In this document: positions 1 to 11,952 of the stretch, one piece after another
Layout: every line of letters starts with the position of its first letter
Position numbering within the stretch: position 1 is the first letter of the stretch
Assembly (NCBI GenBank): GCA_002269645.1
Contig: NIVC01003920.1
Span: 5,652-69,651 of the forward strand
DNA: 64,000 nucleotides
Source of the DNA: Macrostomum lignano
Taxonomy: Eukaryota
Reading direction: 5' to 3'
Notes under the pieces: model-generated
Databases searched by the model: none
Told to the model about the DNA's origin: nothing
What the model saw: only the letters and a program-made list of their open reading frames with translations
Position numbers and translations under genes: made by a program

Positions 1-2326
1 GGGCGCCCACAAGGCGAGATGGACGCCTGGTGCACCTGGTGCCGAAGAGGTTTTTCGATTCGCAGTGGCTTCACTAACCTACGAAGTCACTCCTGCGCTG
101 CTAGTCATCGTTCAGTATCTGCGGCTCGAAATCTGCACTTGGGACCCTCATTAGAAATCCCAATGCAACTGCACTTGACGGCTCTGCCTCTGGCAGCGTC
201 ACTTTGTCATCAGCTGGCTTCGACCCCTGTTCTGCAGCTAGAGTATCAGAGGTCCGATGTGTTGCTCGAATTATTCTGAAAGCACAAAGCTTTCAATCTC
301 AGGAAGATATAGTTGATGATTTGGGAGCCATCTGCAACGACTCGAAGATACCAGCGAAGATGCAACTGCACGCAACTAAAATGACCTATCTAGTGACTGA
401 TGCCGTTTATCCACATATGCTCGATGTAGTGCTTGCCGACATTCGAGATGCCGAGTTCTATTCACTGCACATCGATGAAACAAATAACCAAGGGACCAAG
501 TATCTAGTTGTGGCACGCTACCTTCCACAGGATGCATTTGAGGTACGAGTTGTTTGCATTGGATTGCCATCTGTAGCTAGCACATCAACGGAGCACCTAT
601 CAAGCGCAGTGTTCGAGCTAGTTGCGAAGTGAGAAAAGAAACTGTCTGTCAATCATGATGGACAATTGCAACGTAATGTGAGGCGCAAAAAATGGTGTCG
701 TTGTTTGCCTAAAGACGGAGCTAGGCTTCGATAGCGTAGTTGATGTGGGTGGTTGCTCGTTGCGCCATGTCCACAATGTTGCAAAACATGCGTGTGCCGC
801 ATCAAAGCTTGGCCAAGATGTTGAGGTACTTGTCCGCGATATCTATTGCTTTTTTAAATATCACGAAAGTAAAAGCGAGCGCCTTGAAAAATTTCGCACC
901 GAATTTTCGGACATTAAAAAGCTTGCCTTCCTGCGCCCAATAGACACTCGTTGGCTGCAGACTCTAGCGGTTGTTGAGCGCGTCCGGGCTATGTTGAAGC
1001 CTCTTCTGCTTTACTTCACTGAAGTAAAGCCATCCAAGCATAACGTCCCCAAACATTCAAGCATCAAAGGCGCTCTGGAGGACTCTAAGACGGAGTTCTT
1101 CCTCTGCTTCCTAGCTGAGGTTTTAAAGCCGCTTCAGCAGTTTGAGCTCCTCTTCCAGCAGGAGGGATGTCATGTACAGAAGCTGTACAATAAGCTCACC
1201 GACATCATGAAGCGATGGCTTCTGCGCTTCGTCAAGCAGCAAAGTCTGCCCGAAAAGTTTTGGACGGTAGATGAGACAGACATTACGATTCAGCTATCGC
1301 CCTACCAGCTGGGTATTGGAGAGTCAGCCAGACGCCTTTTCAACAACATGGCAGCTGATGATCAGAAAGTTTGTCTGCAGTCTGTCGGAAATTTTTTGCA
1401 GTAGGTACGTCAAAGCTTCGTGAGTACCTGCCCTTCGGCAACAAGATTTTGCGCGCTTGCCAAGCCATGGACCCACAAAAGCAGTTGGATGCCCAAGCTG
1501 TTAACTGGGTTCGGATTCTGGCCCGTGGCTTGCCGAGAGTAGTTTCTGAAGATGTCTGCAGTCTTGAGGTTGAGATGCGACTGCATCGGCATGCCATTGA
1601 CCAGGCTGAGATTGAGGCCAACAAACCAACAGTCACTGAATTTTGGAGCGCTGTCGAGAAATCAGGTGACAGGAACTACTTGTTCGCCTGATTAGAGCAT
1701 TATTGGTGCTTCCGCCTGGCAATGCCGAGGTGGAGCGGATCTTTAGCAACCTTAAGGACGTCATGACAAAGAAACGCAGGAGTTTGGCTCCTACGACAAT
1801 CAATGCTTTGATTGTTGCAACCTCGTGTCTTCGAGTCAAGGGCTGGACAGCGGCGACACTTCCAGTCTCTTCTAGATTGCTAAACTTGTGCGCTAGTGCC
1901 AATGCCGCTTTTAAGCAGCGCCTGAAAGACGAACGAAAGGCGGAAGAAGTGGCGCAGCAGAAGCAACTGGAAGAGACGCTCCGGCTTGAAGTTCGATCTG
2001 AAAAAAAATCAAGCAAGACATTCAAAGACGTGGAAGAGGCTATTGAGAACTCAAAAAAGGAAATTGAGCGCGTATTGGAAAGGAAAGAATCGGCTCAGAA
2101 GCTGCTAGTAAAGGCACAGAAAGCTTCACAGTCTGAGGAGAAAAAGCTGGATGAGTTGAGGCGGCAGCATGAGAAGCTGCTCAAAAAAAGAGAGCAAGAG
2201 TCGCAGCGTGTGACCGACTCGGTGATCAAGCGTGCGGCAAGCGCTATGTCAGCTGAAAACAGCACTGCGTCTGTGTCTGACAATCTGCCCGAGTCTGTGA
2301 AGAAGAAGAAATTTCGGCTGAACTGA
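1..2326 (+). pseudogene. hAT transposase (ZBED/ZNF862-like), broken by stops and frameshifts
   Basis: N-terminal BED-like zinc finger WCTWCRRGFSIRSGFTNLRSH; YSLHIDETN catalytic-like motif; LRPIDTRWL; C-terminal dimerisation motif LPPGNAEVERIFSNLKDVMTKKRRSL; then a Lys/Glu-rich tail. Split over ORFs 19-279, 204-632, 745-1404, 1371-1691 and 1703-2326. Confidence 0.85.
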
Positions 2327-3108
2327 GTTGCACTGATTTAACTTTTTAACTAACTGAAGTCTTCACTATTGTCTGTTGTCTGGTTATACATGTATATAGC
2401 CTGTAGGGAGTGAAGTGAAATAAGGGATCCACCGTTAAGTAGGTTATTTTTTCCTCTTTTGTAAGCTCATTCAAAAAACTAAAAAGGGTTGCTATAAATT
2501 CTAAGAATTTATAGACTAAAATTGATACTATAACTAAGATGTTTACTGAATTGATGGTTAGGCTATACTTTATAGTTCAATTATTAGTTTACTTTACTTG
2601 TTTAGGTTTTGTATGCGTTTATAATTACAAGTGGAATGTTAAGGATGCTCTTGTAGTTTTACATGCTCCTATTTGAACTGATCTCCTGGAATTGGCATAA
2701 CTGAAACTGAAAGTCTGAGCAGCCATTTTTACAAATATTATTGTTCACGCCAATGCTTGCATACAAGGTAGTTTGTTGTTCTATCTGCGAAATATAAGCA
2801 TATTTTGTAATCATTGAAGCAGGTACTAACTGATTCAGGAATGAGGTATTTTTGAAAAAAAATTACTGACACTTGGCTTTGGCTTCACTTTTTGTAACAT
2901 ATTTATCTATGAGCATATGCATAAATTAGGTTTTTATTTCCCCATAATGTAGGCTTACACTTGTACGCAAGATTAAGTGTGGAATTTTTTAATGCACACT
3001 GATTTACAACTGAGAAATGTGCCAGCACTTTCAGGTGCAAAAATGATCATTGGCACGAAAATTCAGTTCCAGGCGAAAAAAAATTGGTGTAGCTGAGTGG
3101 GACCACTG
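1..3108 (+). mobile_element. hAT-superfamily DNA transposon, left end outside the window, decayed
   Basis: Transposase fragments at 1-2326. Candidate right terminus ...AGCTGAGTGGGACCACTG ends at 3108; its reverse complement starts CAGTGGTCCC, a hAT-like CAG terminus. The left TIR and TSD cannot be checked. Confidence 0.75.
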
Positions 3109-3629
3109 TCTTGGACTCCACATATGGAGTTTGATAAATAATATTTAATTTGACAAAGTTGCTTAAAGTTTTACAAGATGGTATAATGATTCAATATTGA
3201 CTTTTATTTTCTTATAAAAATTAAAAGATGAAAACATCTCTTTCTGGGCCAAATAACCATTTTGTGACAGTCTGCATAGTTGGTTTATTCTGCACAGTTG
3301 TGTGTGATTCTTCTGCTATAAATAACTAGTGCACTTACTTGTTTCATTAGAAAGAGTCTATGCATATCTTTCTAGGACAAATTGTCTCACCATTGTGAAC
3401 TGTTTCCTTGTCTTCTTTTATTCTTCATACCTGTCAAGTCCACAAAGGCAACCACTCTTGGTAGAATCACCTAAAAAACTGAGTGCACCAATAGTGCATG
3501 CATGACCAATTTTATGCCTTCTAATTTTAGCAATATAACATAGCCTATCTTGTGGTAGGACTTATCAGGCCACTACCTAGATCTCTGATCTGATGTATCT
3601 ATCTGGCAAACTCTAAATCAATGCTTAGC

Positions 3630-3860
3630 ACCTGGAGCTTGCTGGCAACCACAATGCCAATTTTATCCTTGATGGCATTGAGCATGGCTTTCCTACTGCT
3701 AAGTTTAAGGCCTATGACACAGATGGCCATGTGGTATTACACTTTTACAAGTGATTTGACCTAGTGGCTTTTTATTAACTATCAGCTTGATTGTAGCTCC
3801 ATATTAATCTGAAGGAGTGCACTGCCACTCTGGTTATTATCCTAAAGTACTGAGGCCCTT
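3630..3860 (+). mobile_element. Possible highly decayed DIRS/Ngaro-type RT relic
   Basis: Translation from 3632 gives LELAGNHNANFILDGIEHGF, resembling the 'ilDGi..GF' motif upstream of DIRS RT. A TLVIILK-like segment follows. No intact YxDD motif found. Confidence 0.3.
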
Positions 3861-5989
3861 AATGACTGCTCTATTACTATGTATATAGACAGTATAATTG
3901 CCTATAGCATTATCAACTCTAGCTTGGCCAATCACTGAAATATATTGGACCTGCATCTAACATGACATTATTGTGCATGCATACTATGTGCCTGGCCACT
4001 TTTAGCTTCTTACCAACCTACTGTCCAGAGCTAACAACCCTAGTCAGCTTACTTTCTTTTTTATGGCACTTACTATATGCCTGCCTGCTTGCTTCTATCT
4101 GCTTACTTGAGTTTTGCTACTGCTTCTCACCTTTTTAGGTGTCTTATATTGCCCTAATGCCTTAGCTAATATACCTGCCAATTGCTTGGCAAAGGCTTTT
4201 CAAGCTTAACCAGCTCTGCTTATACCACCCAATGTGCATTTTGGCTATGGTTCTGTAATTTCCATAGAGTTGGGCCACTATTAATATAGCCTGCCAACAA
4301 TTCCAAACACTTGACAGAGCTAGTCAGAAACTGACTATCAGATATAGTAGTATATCTTACTATTTTGCTACTATGTCCTAGTTCTACAATGCAAATGGTA
4401 TGGCCAACCCTACTAAGCAACCTCTGATATAGCTTGCATTGCATTTGATGGCTTTGATGATACTATTCCAAAGAGCAAACAAGTGCTACTGCCAATTAAT
4501 CTCTAGCAATTACAATGAGCATAGTAGCTAGAAGAATCCCATGAAAATATATTCTGGTATTTCTGCATTTTTGGATAGTATTTGTGAGACCAATAGGGTA
4601 AATATAAATATATATTATCAATTAGAGTATGGTTAACAAAAAGCTAGAACTGCACAATACTACATAGTGAATAGAACAAAAAATTCTAAGGTGCACATTG
4701 CTGCCTCTCCTTGCCAATTAAAAATTAAGAGAGGGTTTGCAGTCTTTAATGTGTAAAGCTTCCAATATCAAAAGTTTACTACAGTGCTCAGTGCAATTGA
4801 TAATTAAAAAATTATGAGCAGGGTTCACATTAACCTATCAATATCCACAAATACTTGAAAAAAATGTTTCCTATTAGCTTTGTCTTTCTAATCTTATTAA
4901 AGAAAAGTAGCCTGCCTCAATTCTACTTTGTTATAAGTTTAAAATGAGATTGTAATCATAATTAAGAAGACATATATACTAGAAATTTTTAGGGTATACT
5001 CAAGAAATGTTTGGCATATATGTTGGCATATAAAAAGTGATTTTAAGCTTTTGGTATACACGTTTAATATTTTGGTATATGATACCAAACTATACCATAC
5101 TATATAGTTTAAAAGGTGACATTTCTTAATAGTTTAGATTTCTTAATTCTTGGCATAAAAAAGGTACTTGCCATTTTTAGTGTATATTAGTGTATATATA
5201 TCCTATAATCCTATTGTAAATGATACAATAGAAATTTTTTAGCTTATATCTGACATATCTATGTATATTTTAGGATCAATTAGTGGCTTTATATAAAATA
5301 TGCTATATGCAACACTTTCAACATAGAAGAAAGAATAATAAAAAACAATTTTAAACTTTATGCTCAAAAAATTTTTTCCCTAATTTTTAGCCAATAAAAA
5401 GTATTTATATAAAATAATTTTTTTCATTTTCTCCTAAGTGCACATTGCAAAAATGCATAATTTTTAAGTTTGTTAGGCCTAATCTACATGAATAATAAAT
5501 TCAAGAATGAAAAAATGTACAACTTTGGTATATATAGATAGCTAAGAACATTTTTTAGTCCTAGTATACAAATGTAGTCAACTTTTTTTCTTACTGGACT
5601 AGGCATACACTAATATACAATCCAAACTATAAGATATATACAAAAAAGTTAGGTTTTGTTGTTATTAATAATATAGACACAATAGTTGTTTATAATACTG
5701 TAAAAAGAAATAATTAAATAATGCAAAACTGACTTCCATGTTTTTTACAAAGGTAAAGGTTTAAAGTTTTAATAAAATTGCATAAATTTTACTTTTGTTC
5801 TTTAATTGTTAAATTAATTAAATTAAATTAATACAAAGCATTAATAAATATAACTTTTATTTTTAGTTTTATAACTAATGTTTCACCATAAGGGGGTCCA
5901 TATATATAGTATAGCCATAGCTATACATTAAACAATAGGCCTAGCTTATTCCAATTTTCATATTCTGTAGCCATAAAGACCCCAATATT

Positions 5990-6612
5990 CCATAGTCAGG
6001 AAGGTGTCCAGTGTACGCCGGAATGAAAATTAAGAAAAAATGTTGTGTACGCCAAAATTGAAAAGCCCTAAAAAAGCGCTTTTTGACGTACGCCAAAATT
6101 TGAATAGCCCAAAAAAGCGTACGCCAAAATTTGCAACTTAAATCTTAACTTACCTGTATGTCATCTGTTGTAACGTGAAGAAATCTAAAATACTAAAGTA
6201 ATTATTGTACAGAATTAGTTAATAAGTTAAAATAAATAACTGACTTACACAAAACTTTAGTAAAGTTTTGTTAACAATAAATCAGATTTAAAATTTACGT
6301 AATTTCAGCGTTTTAAAGATGAAAATAGATTTACCAATTCACTAAAATTGAACGATATACAATACTTTGTCGAAGTAATTGGGTTGTTTGCAGGTTTTTT
6401 AAACGTTTGTTCGTACGCCAATCACATGCAAATATTGTAGGCCGATTTTTGGACAGATTTTTGCATGCGAAAACTGTGTTGTGTACGCCAAGAACTCTGT
6501 ACGCCATTTTTCGGACCGCGTGTACGCGAAACTGTACGCCATTTTTTTTTGGGGGGGGGGGGGCTGATGTACGCCGGAAAATTCCGGCGTACGGACACCT
6601 TCCTGACTATGG
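5990..6612. mobile_element. Non-autonomous DNA transposon (MITE) with ~33-bp TIRs and 8-bp TSD
   Basis: Left end CCATAGTCAGGAAGGTGTCC(AGT)GTACGCCGGAAT; right end ATTCCGGCGTACGGACACCTTCCTGACTATGG. TSD CCAATATT at 5982-5989 and 6613-6620. Many subterminal GTACGCC repeats. Confidence 0.9.
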
Positions 6613-6695
6613 CCAATATTACCATATTCTTGTAGTTCCCATAGCCATAGTTTTAACAAAAAGTCTAGGAAACAAAATATTTTGAATCAAGAATA

Positions 6696-6937
6696 GGATT
6701 TCCCCGAGATATTTGCTTCCAAAATGTGTTTATAAGGGGTGCCAATGAATTTGTCTTTTTACACACTGCATTTGTGCCAATTTTTTTTCCTTTGGGACAG
6801 AAAATTTCTGCTTACAAATTTTTAAAGCCGAATATGGCGTGAGAGTAGGGAATGTATCCTAAAGCATGCATTCATTTTTTGTTTGAATTATCTGTTCGAA
6901 GGAAAAAATATCTGTCGGGAGATATGTCGGGGAACCC
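6696..6937. repeat. Short imperfect inverted-repeat pair, possible small MITE
   Basis: GGATTTCCCCGAGATAT (6696) versus ATATGTCGGGGAACCC (to 6937). No TSD seen. Confidence 0.3.
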
Positions 6938-7662
6938 GCACATCATTGGTCAACATGCAGAAGACTAGAGTAGAAGTTAAACTAGGCCTAAAGCTATAAT
7001 TAAATTGGATTCGTATTTCACTTAACATTTTACTTCTTTTCTATTCCTATTCGTAATCGTACATTCCTTGGTAATACAAAAATGGTGTTTTAATAACATT
7101 AAGTTGTCCCTATAACATAGAGTTGCTAACAAAAAATAACTGAAAGAAGCAGCTCTGTAAAGAATTAAAAAAACAATGAAATACAAAAATGACTAACACC
7201 ACGCAAAATTGTTAAGCAATTTTTTACATTTTTGAATTAATAAAACTTTACTAAACGTATTTCTTATGAAAAAAAAGTTTTAAGCTACCTTTACAAAGGC
7301 TTATGTATGTTTTTGTTTATCAGAACTATTACTTACTGTAAATCAAACGTTGAATTTTCCAAGATACCGTTTTGAATAAAAAAAGCTATAAGAGAGGGAC
7401 TAAGTCTCATAGAGTTAGGCCCTATCGTTTTCATCGCATACATTGCCAGCATTGCATAGGCCGATTTCAATCTAGGACGATTGGATATAGTTAGTTGCCT
7501 TTTTATATTCCTTTATACTTTTTCGTCGTCATATCGTATATTTATATGCAGGTGTATTCAAATTTGACATCTTTGCTAATGCCAGGCAATGCGGCGATGA
7601 ACCAGTGGTAAGCAGTGTTGCAGCTGCGAGGTCAACAACAGGAATCATGATGCACTTCCTGG

Positions 7663-8744
7663 CAGTGTTGGGCACTGTTAATGAAAAGCTTAACTTCCGT
7701 TAATGCCAATAGCGTTAGCGGTAAAACAAAAAATCTTAACTTATTAATCGTTAATAAACATTAATCCGTTAAAGTTAACTCACAAAATAGATAAATCTCG
7801 CACTTTTTTCCAAAACAGACTTCATAACGCACTGTTTGCTTTTCCATCTTTTTAGCAAAATACAGAGGTCATCTAATCTAAGCAATTTACAAGCTAAAAA
7901 GTAATAAATAATTATTTAAAAAACTTGTATGCATAATAATAATATTAATACTACTAAAAGAAAGCATACAGTAAAAGAGTAAATTATTTATTTAAAACTT
8001 TAAAGCTAATTAGTTAATAATAAAATATGAATAGGAAGGTTGCTTCAGTAGCATTAGTAGACATAGCAGAAAGTTACAAAAGATTGTTAAAGAAGTGAAT
8101 CAAAGCAATTGATGCTCATGCGAGAGCACTAAAATTCACAATTTTAATTTGCATGATCATCATTATAAACAGAGATTAATAAGGCATTTAAGTAAATTCA
8201 AAAACATCTATAATGTTGTAACTTCTTGTCAGACATATTTTTGTTTTTTCTTTGCATCTTTGGTCATTTATATTGCCATTAATGTTAACAATGAATTTGT
8301 CGTTAGCTCACAAAGTTAATAACACAAATTTGTTAATCCGTTGGATCAAAAAAATCTTAATAGCAGTCCATTAACATTAATAAAAAATCTAAATGCTTAT
8401 TAGGCCTAATGCTCATCCCTATTGCAGCGCATGGCTTAAGTACGCCAGACGCCTACACAACCTGCGCCACGCTGTGAAATGACTTACCTGTGAAAGAAAC
8501 CCTAAAGCAAAATTAACGCAGTTTTGGGTAAACGGCAGGAGTAACTATGACTGTCTTATCAAGCCTAAATGCCTCGGCATCTAATTAGTACCGCGCCGCG
8601 CCGTACTAATCGCCGCGCGCCGTACACGCCGCGCCGCGCCGTATTAGATCCGCGCCGGACGCCGTCCGCCAAAATGCCCATGCGCTGCAATCAGGATGCT
8701 CATTAATGGATTAATGCTTAATAATGGATTGGTGCCCAACACTG
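7663..8744. mobile_element. Non-autonomous hAT element
   Basis: TIR CAGTGTTGGGCAC / GTGCCCAACACTG. Perfect 8-bp TSD CTTCCTGG at 7655-7662 and 8745-8752. Subterminal TTAA(C/T)-rich repeats. Confidence 0.92.
8526..8589 (+). pseudogene. Degenerate 28S rRNA fragment (helix 69-71 region, R2 target region) inside the hAT element
   Basis: GGGTAAACGGCAGGAGTAACTATGACTGTCTTATCAAGCCTAAATGCCTCGGCATCTAATTAGT versus the conserved LSU sequence GGGTAAACGGCGGGAGTAACTATGACTCTCTTAAGGTAGCCAAATGCCTCGTCATCTAATTAGT (recalled from memory). Confidence 0.85.
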
Positions 8745-11700
8745 CTTCCTGGCACTACATTTAACTATGCCAAGTACCTACTGAATAGGCTAATATAGTA
8801 ATATGCATCTTGTCCTTGGTAATACTTAAAGTACTTAAAGTTTGTAAAAAGAAGTATGATTTATCTATATGTCTACTTTGCTGTTATAAGGACCACCAAG
8901 TTCTACAAATGCTAGGGGCCTACACCATGTTTGGAAGGTGACATATATGCTAGGATTTCCTGGCATACAACAGGAATACTTGTACTTGCCCTATTTTAAT
9001 GAATTTTTTTAACTTTCAAAATCTCATTGGAGTCCCTAATAAATATCAGGCATAGTATAAATAGCTTGGCTTCAAAAATGTGCCTTTTCAAAATTTAAAT
9101 CTAGATAATCCAAAAATTGGTCATCATTTTAGTACTAAAGACAAATTACTAGTGCCATATTGTTAGCACTGCCTGGAAGGCATGTTGAGCATGAGTGTTG
9201 GTTAGAAATAATATAGTATATTGTTGGTAACTAACCCTAGTTAATTATAACTTTAGATGTTATAATTTTAGTGAGCTTTCATATATTAAACTTAAGGTTA
9301 TATAGCTCAAGTGTAAATTATACTTGTCTAAGAGACTAGGAACCCTATTTGAATAAGTTTAAAAAGCCTATAGATGTACAACATAGGCTACAAAAATGGT
9401 TGCAAATGATTGCAAAGCACTTTTAGCAAGTAACAGTTGATAAGAATGCTATAAATAAAGCATTGGGACCTCTGGGCTCATACTGCTGGCTATTATAAGT
9501 GCAAGAAAACATTTACCCAGTCTAGTTGGAACACCTTAGAAAACAGAGGAATACAAAGGTTGGCAAGAACATAAAGATAAAGCAGAGGCCTCTAAGCTTG
9601 TATATTTAGTGACAAACACTATATCAATAGCTAAATAAAAAACAAAGAGAATTTTTTTTAATGTCTAAGGTTAACAAGAGCTGGAACATAGGAGCTCCTG
9701 CAAAACTAGGCATAAAAAAATTTAAGGCCTAAGCAGGCAGAGAGAGGAAGGCCATTGCACATAGGAGAATAAAAACCAACACAATAAACAACCCCATGCT
9801 AACCCTACAGACCCAGGCATAAACCCAGGCATAAACCTAGCCCCCTATGGGTATTAAACTTAGTCTGCTCATTAGCATGCCTCAGAGCAAACCAAGGCAT
9901 TAGTGCCCAACCTAGAAAGAGCGACATTTAAGTAAACAGAGGAACACAGAGATTATAAGAATACAAAGGCAAAGCAAAAGCCTCCAAAGCCAAGATTAGG
10001 GAAAAAAGAAAAAAGAAAATTAAAATCAACAACATTAGCATTAGCATTAGCAGGGGATGTAGAAGAATGCAAATAACACTAAAATGTGACTTAAACAAGG
10101 CACAGACCACCTAAGCAAATAAAACAGATATTGCTGCCATCTGATAAAACTGTGGCAGGTACTGCTGCATTGCATTGCTTCTTTTCTCTAGCCCCTATTA
10201 TGCATGACATCCAACATGGGTAGACCTAGTGTCAATACCTAGGTTGCATCCCCTTGTCACAGGCTGTGGGCAGAGAAGAACTTTTTGCTTGAAATAGGCC
10301 ATGGCTAGCTTGCTGTTGAAAAAGTGGTCTAGCTGCAGGCCTGTCAGTAAATATTTGTTGTTGGTGCCACAGCTCCACTAACATGAAGAGGGATACTAGC
10401 TGCTTCTTGGTAGCTTGCAGTCCCAACTCACACTTGGTGCCACATAGAAGCAGTGTTGTGGCAGTATCCCTAGTCAGGTCTAGCATAGATTTGACTTAGA
10501 ACCAGAGCAATAGGGAGCTAGCCACAACAGGAAATATCACTAAAGGAGTGCATCCTGGTGCCTACAAGGTCAACCAGATAGTTGAGCAATGCTACCACAA
10601 GGCAATGGACCAAGTCTTAACTAGATTGCAGACAGAACTTATGCCACTCTAAGACATGTCTATTGATGGCTCTCCTTGATATGAGGCACTCAGCAGCAAG
10701 GTGGTGTGGTGGCTGATAGTGTCTGAAACAGCTTGGTAGCCTATAAATGAAGGGATACATTAGTGGCAAGGCAGAAAGAATGCATGTGCAGGTTGCCAAT
10801 ATCCACTAGAACACAGATCTATGATAACAGAGTAAAAAGGTTAAGACTCATGTAGCCAAGAAGCTGCATCCACAAAAATCTGGTAACTCACCCAACATGT
10901 GGAAGGCACAATCACTTATCTTATAGTATAGGCATGAGTATAGCTCACAGTAATATTGTTACTATAGACAATGCAAAACATATCTATAGTGCTCAAATGC
11001 CAATCAATATGATTGCCTTTGACTATGTTCTTTATTCTCTAATCTCTCCCTTTATTATCTTTACTCTCTTTATCATTTTTGCCTAGTAGTCCTAGGTAGG
11101 CCTAAATTTTATAGAGAATCTCATGATCTCTAGACTCTAGACAATGAAAAAGCAAAACTTATAAGTAAAACCAATTGTATAATGGGTTGTGTTTTTTTAT
11201 ATTTCTTAACATTATAAAATAAGTCAACAAGAATTTAAAAAAAATTATTAAGGTTTAATAAAGACAAGATCCTAGTAGACTTCTAACAAGAGCCTCATTG
11301 TAGAGAGCTTTATATTTATAGGATATATTTACCATAACATTTTTAGCAAGTGTTTACACTATTATGTTTTCAGTCTATAGTAGAATTCTTGCTTTATTTT
11401 TTCGAATTTCATGTGGCTCAAAGAGTATGCTAGGATAGCCTTTCTAATTAGGCATGAAAATAATCAAATGGTACAATTTCATAAACCAATTTTGGAATTT
11501 ATGTAAATGGTAAAGGAGTAGATAGACCTTGGCATCAATATATTAAAAAATGTTTAGGCAACTTTAAGAAAATATTTGTCTATATGCCAATTTGTACAAT
11601 AAATTATATATTATACAAAAGCAAATTATAATCTGCTAGGCCTATACCACTTTCCAGGTACTTCTAAGGCTATTAGGAATTTATTGTGAAACAATAATCA

Positions 11701-11952
11701 TCCATTTTTATACTTTGCTTTTTTATATTGCAATAAAACCTATAGAAATTGACATTGCACTTTAGTTACTACTTTAGCATAATTTTGCATATTATTAAAT
11801 TATTACAAGTATATCTTCATTTATATCTTTTTCAGAATTTTATATGCTTCCTTGTAAATGTTGTTCATCTTTGTAAGTAAATATTTAAATAGTTTTTTAG
11901 TCAGCTGTATTTGCTATATCATGCTCAGTTTCTCTTATGACTAACATTTTAG

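Noticed and set aside
7590-7662. tRNA-like AACCAGTGGTAAGC sequence
   Set aside because: No B box or cloverleaf. It may instead be a small exon (7551-7607, AG...GTAAGC) whose link to the receptor gene I could not phase.
10232-10486. Minus ORF with LLLCGTKCEL resembling a small-GTPase G4 motif
   Set aside because: No other GTPase motifs or supporting exons; lies in decayed sequence.
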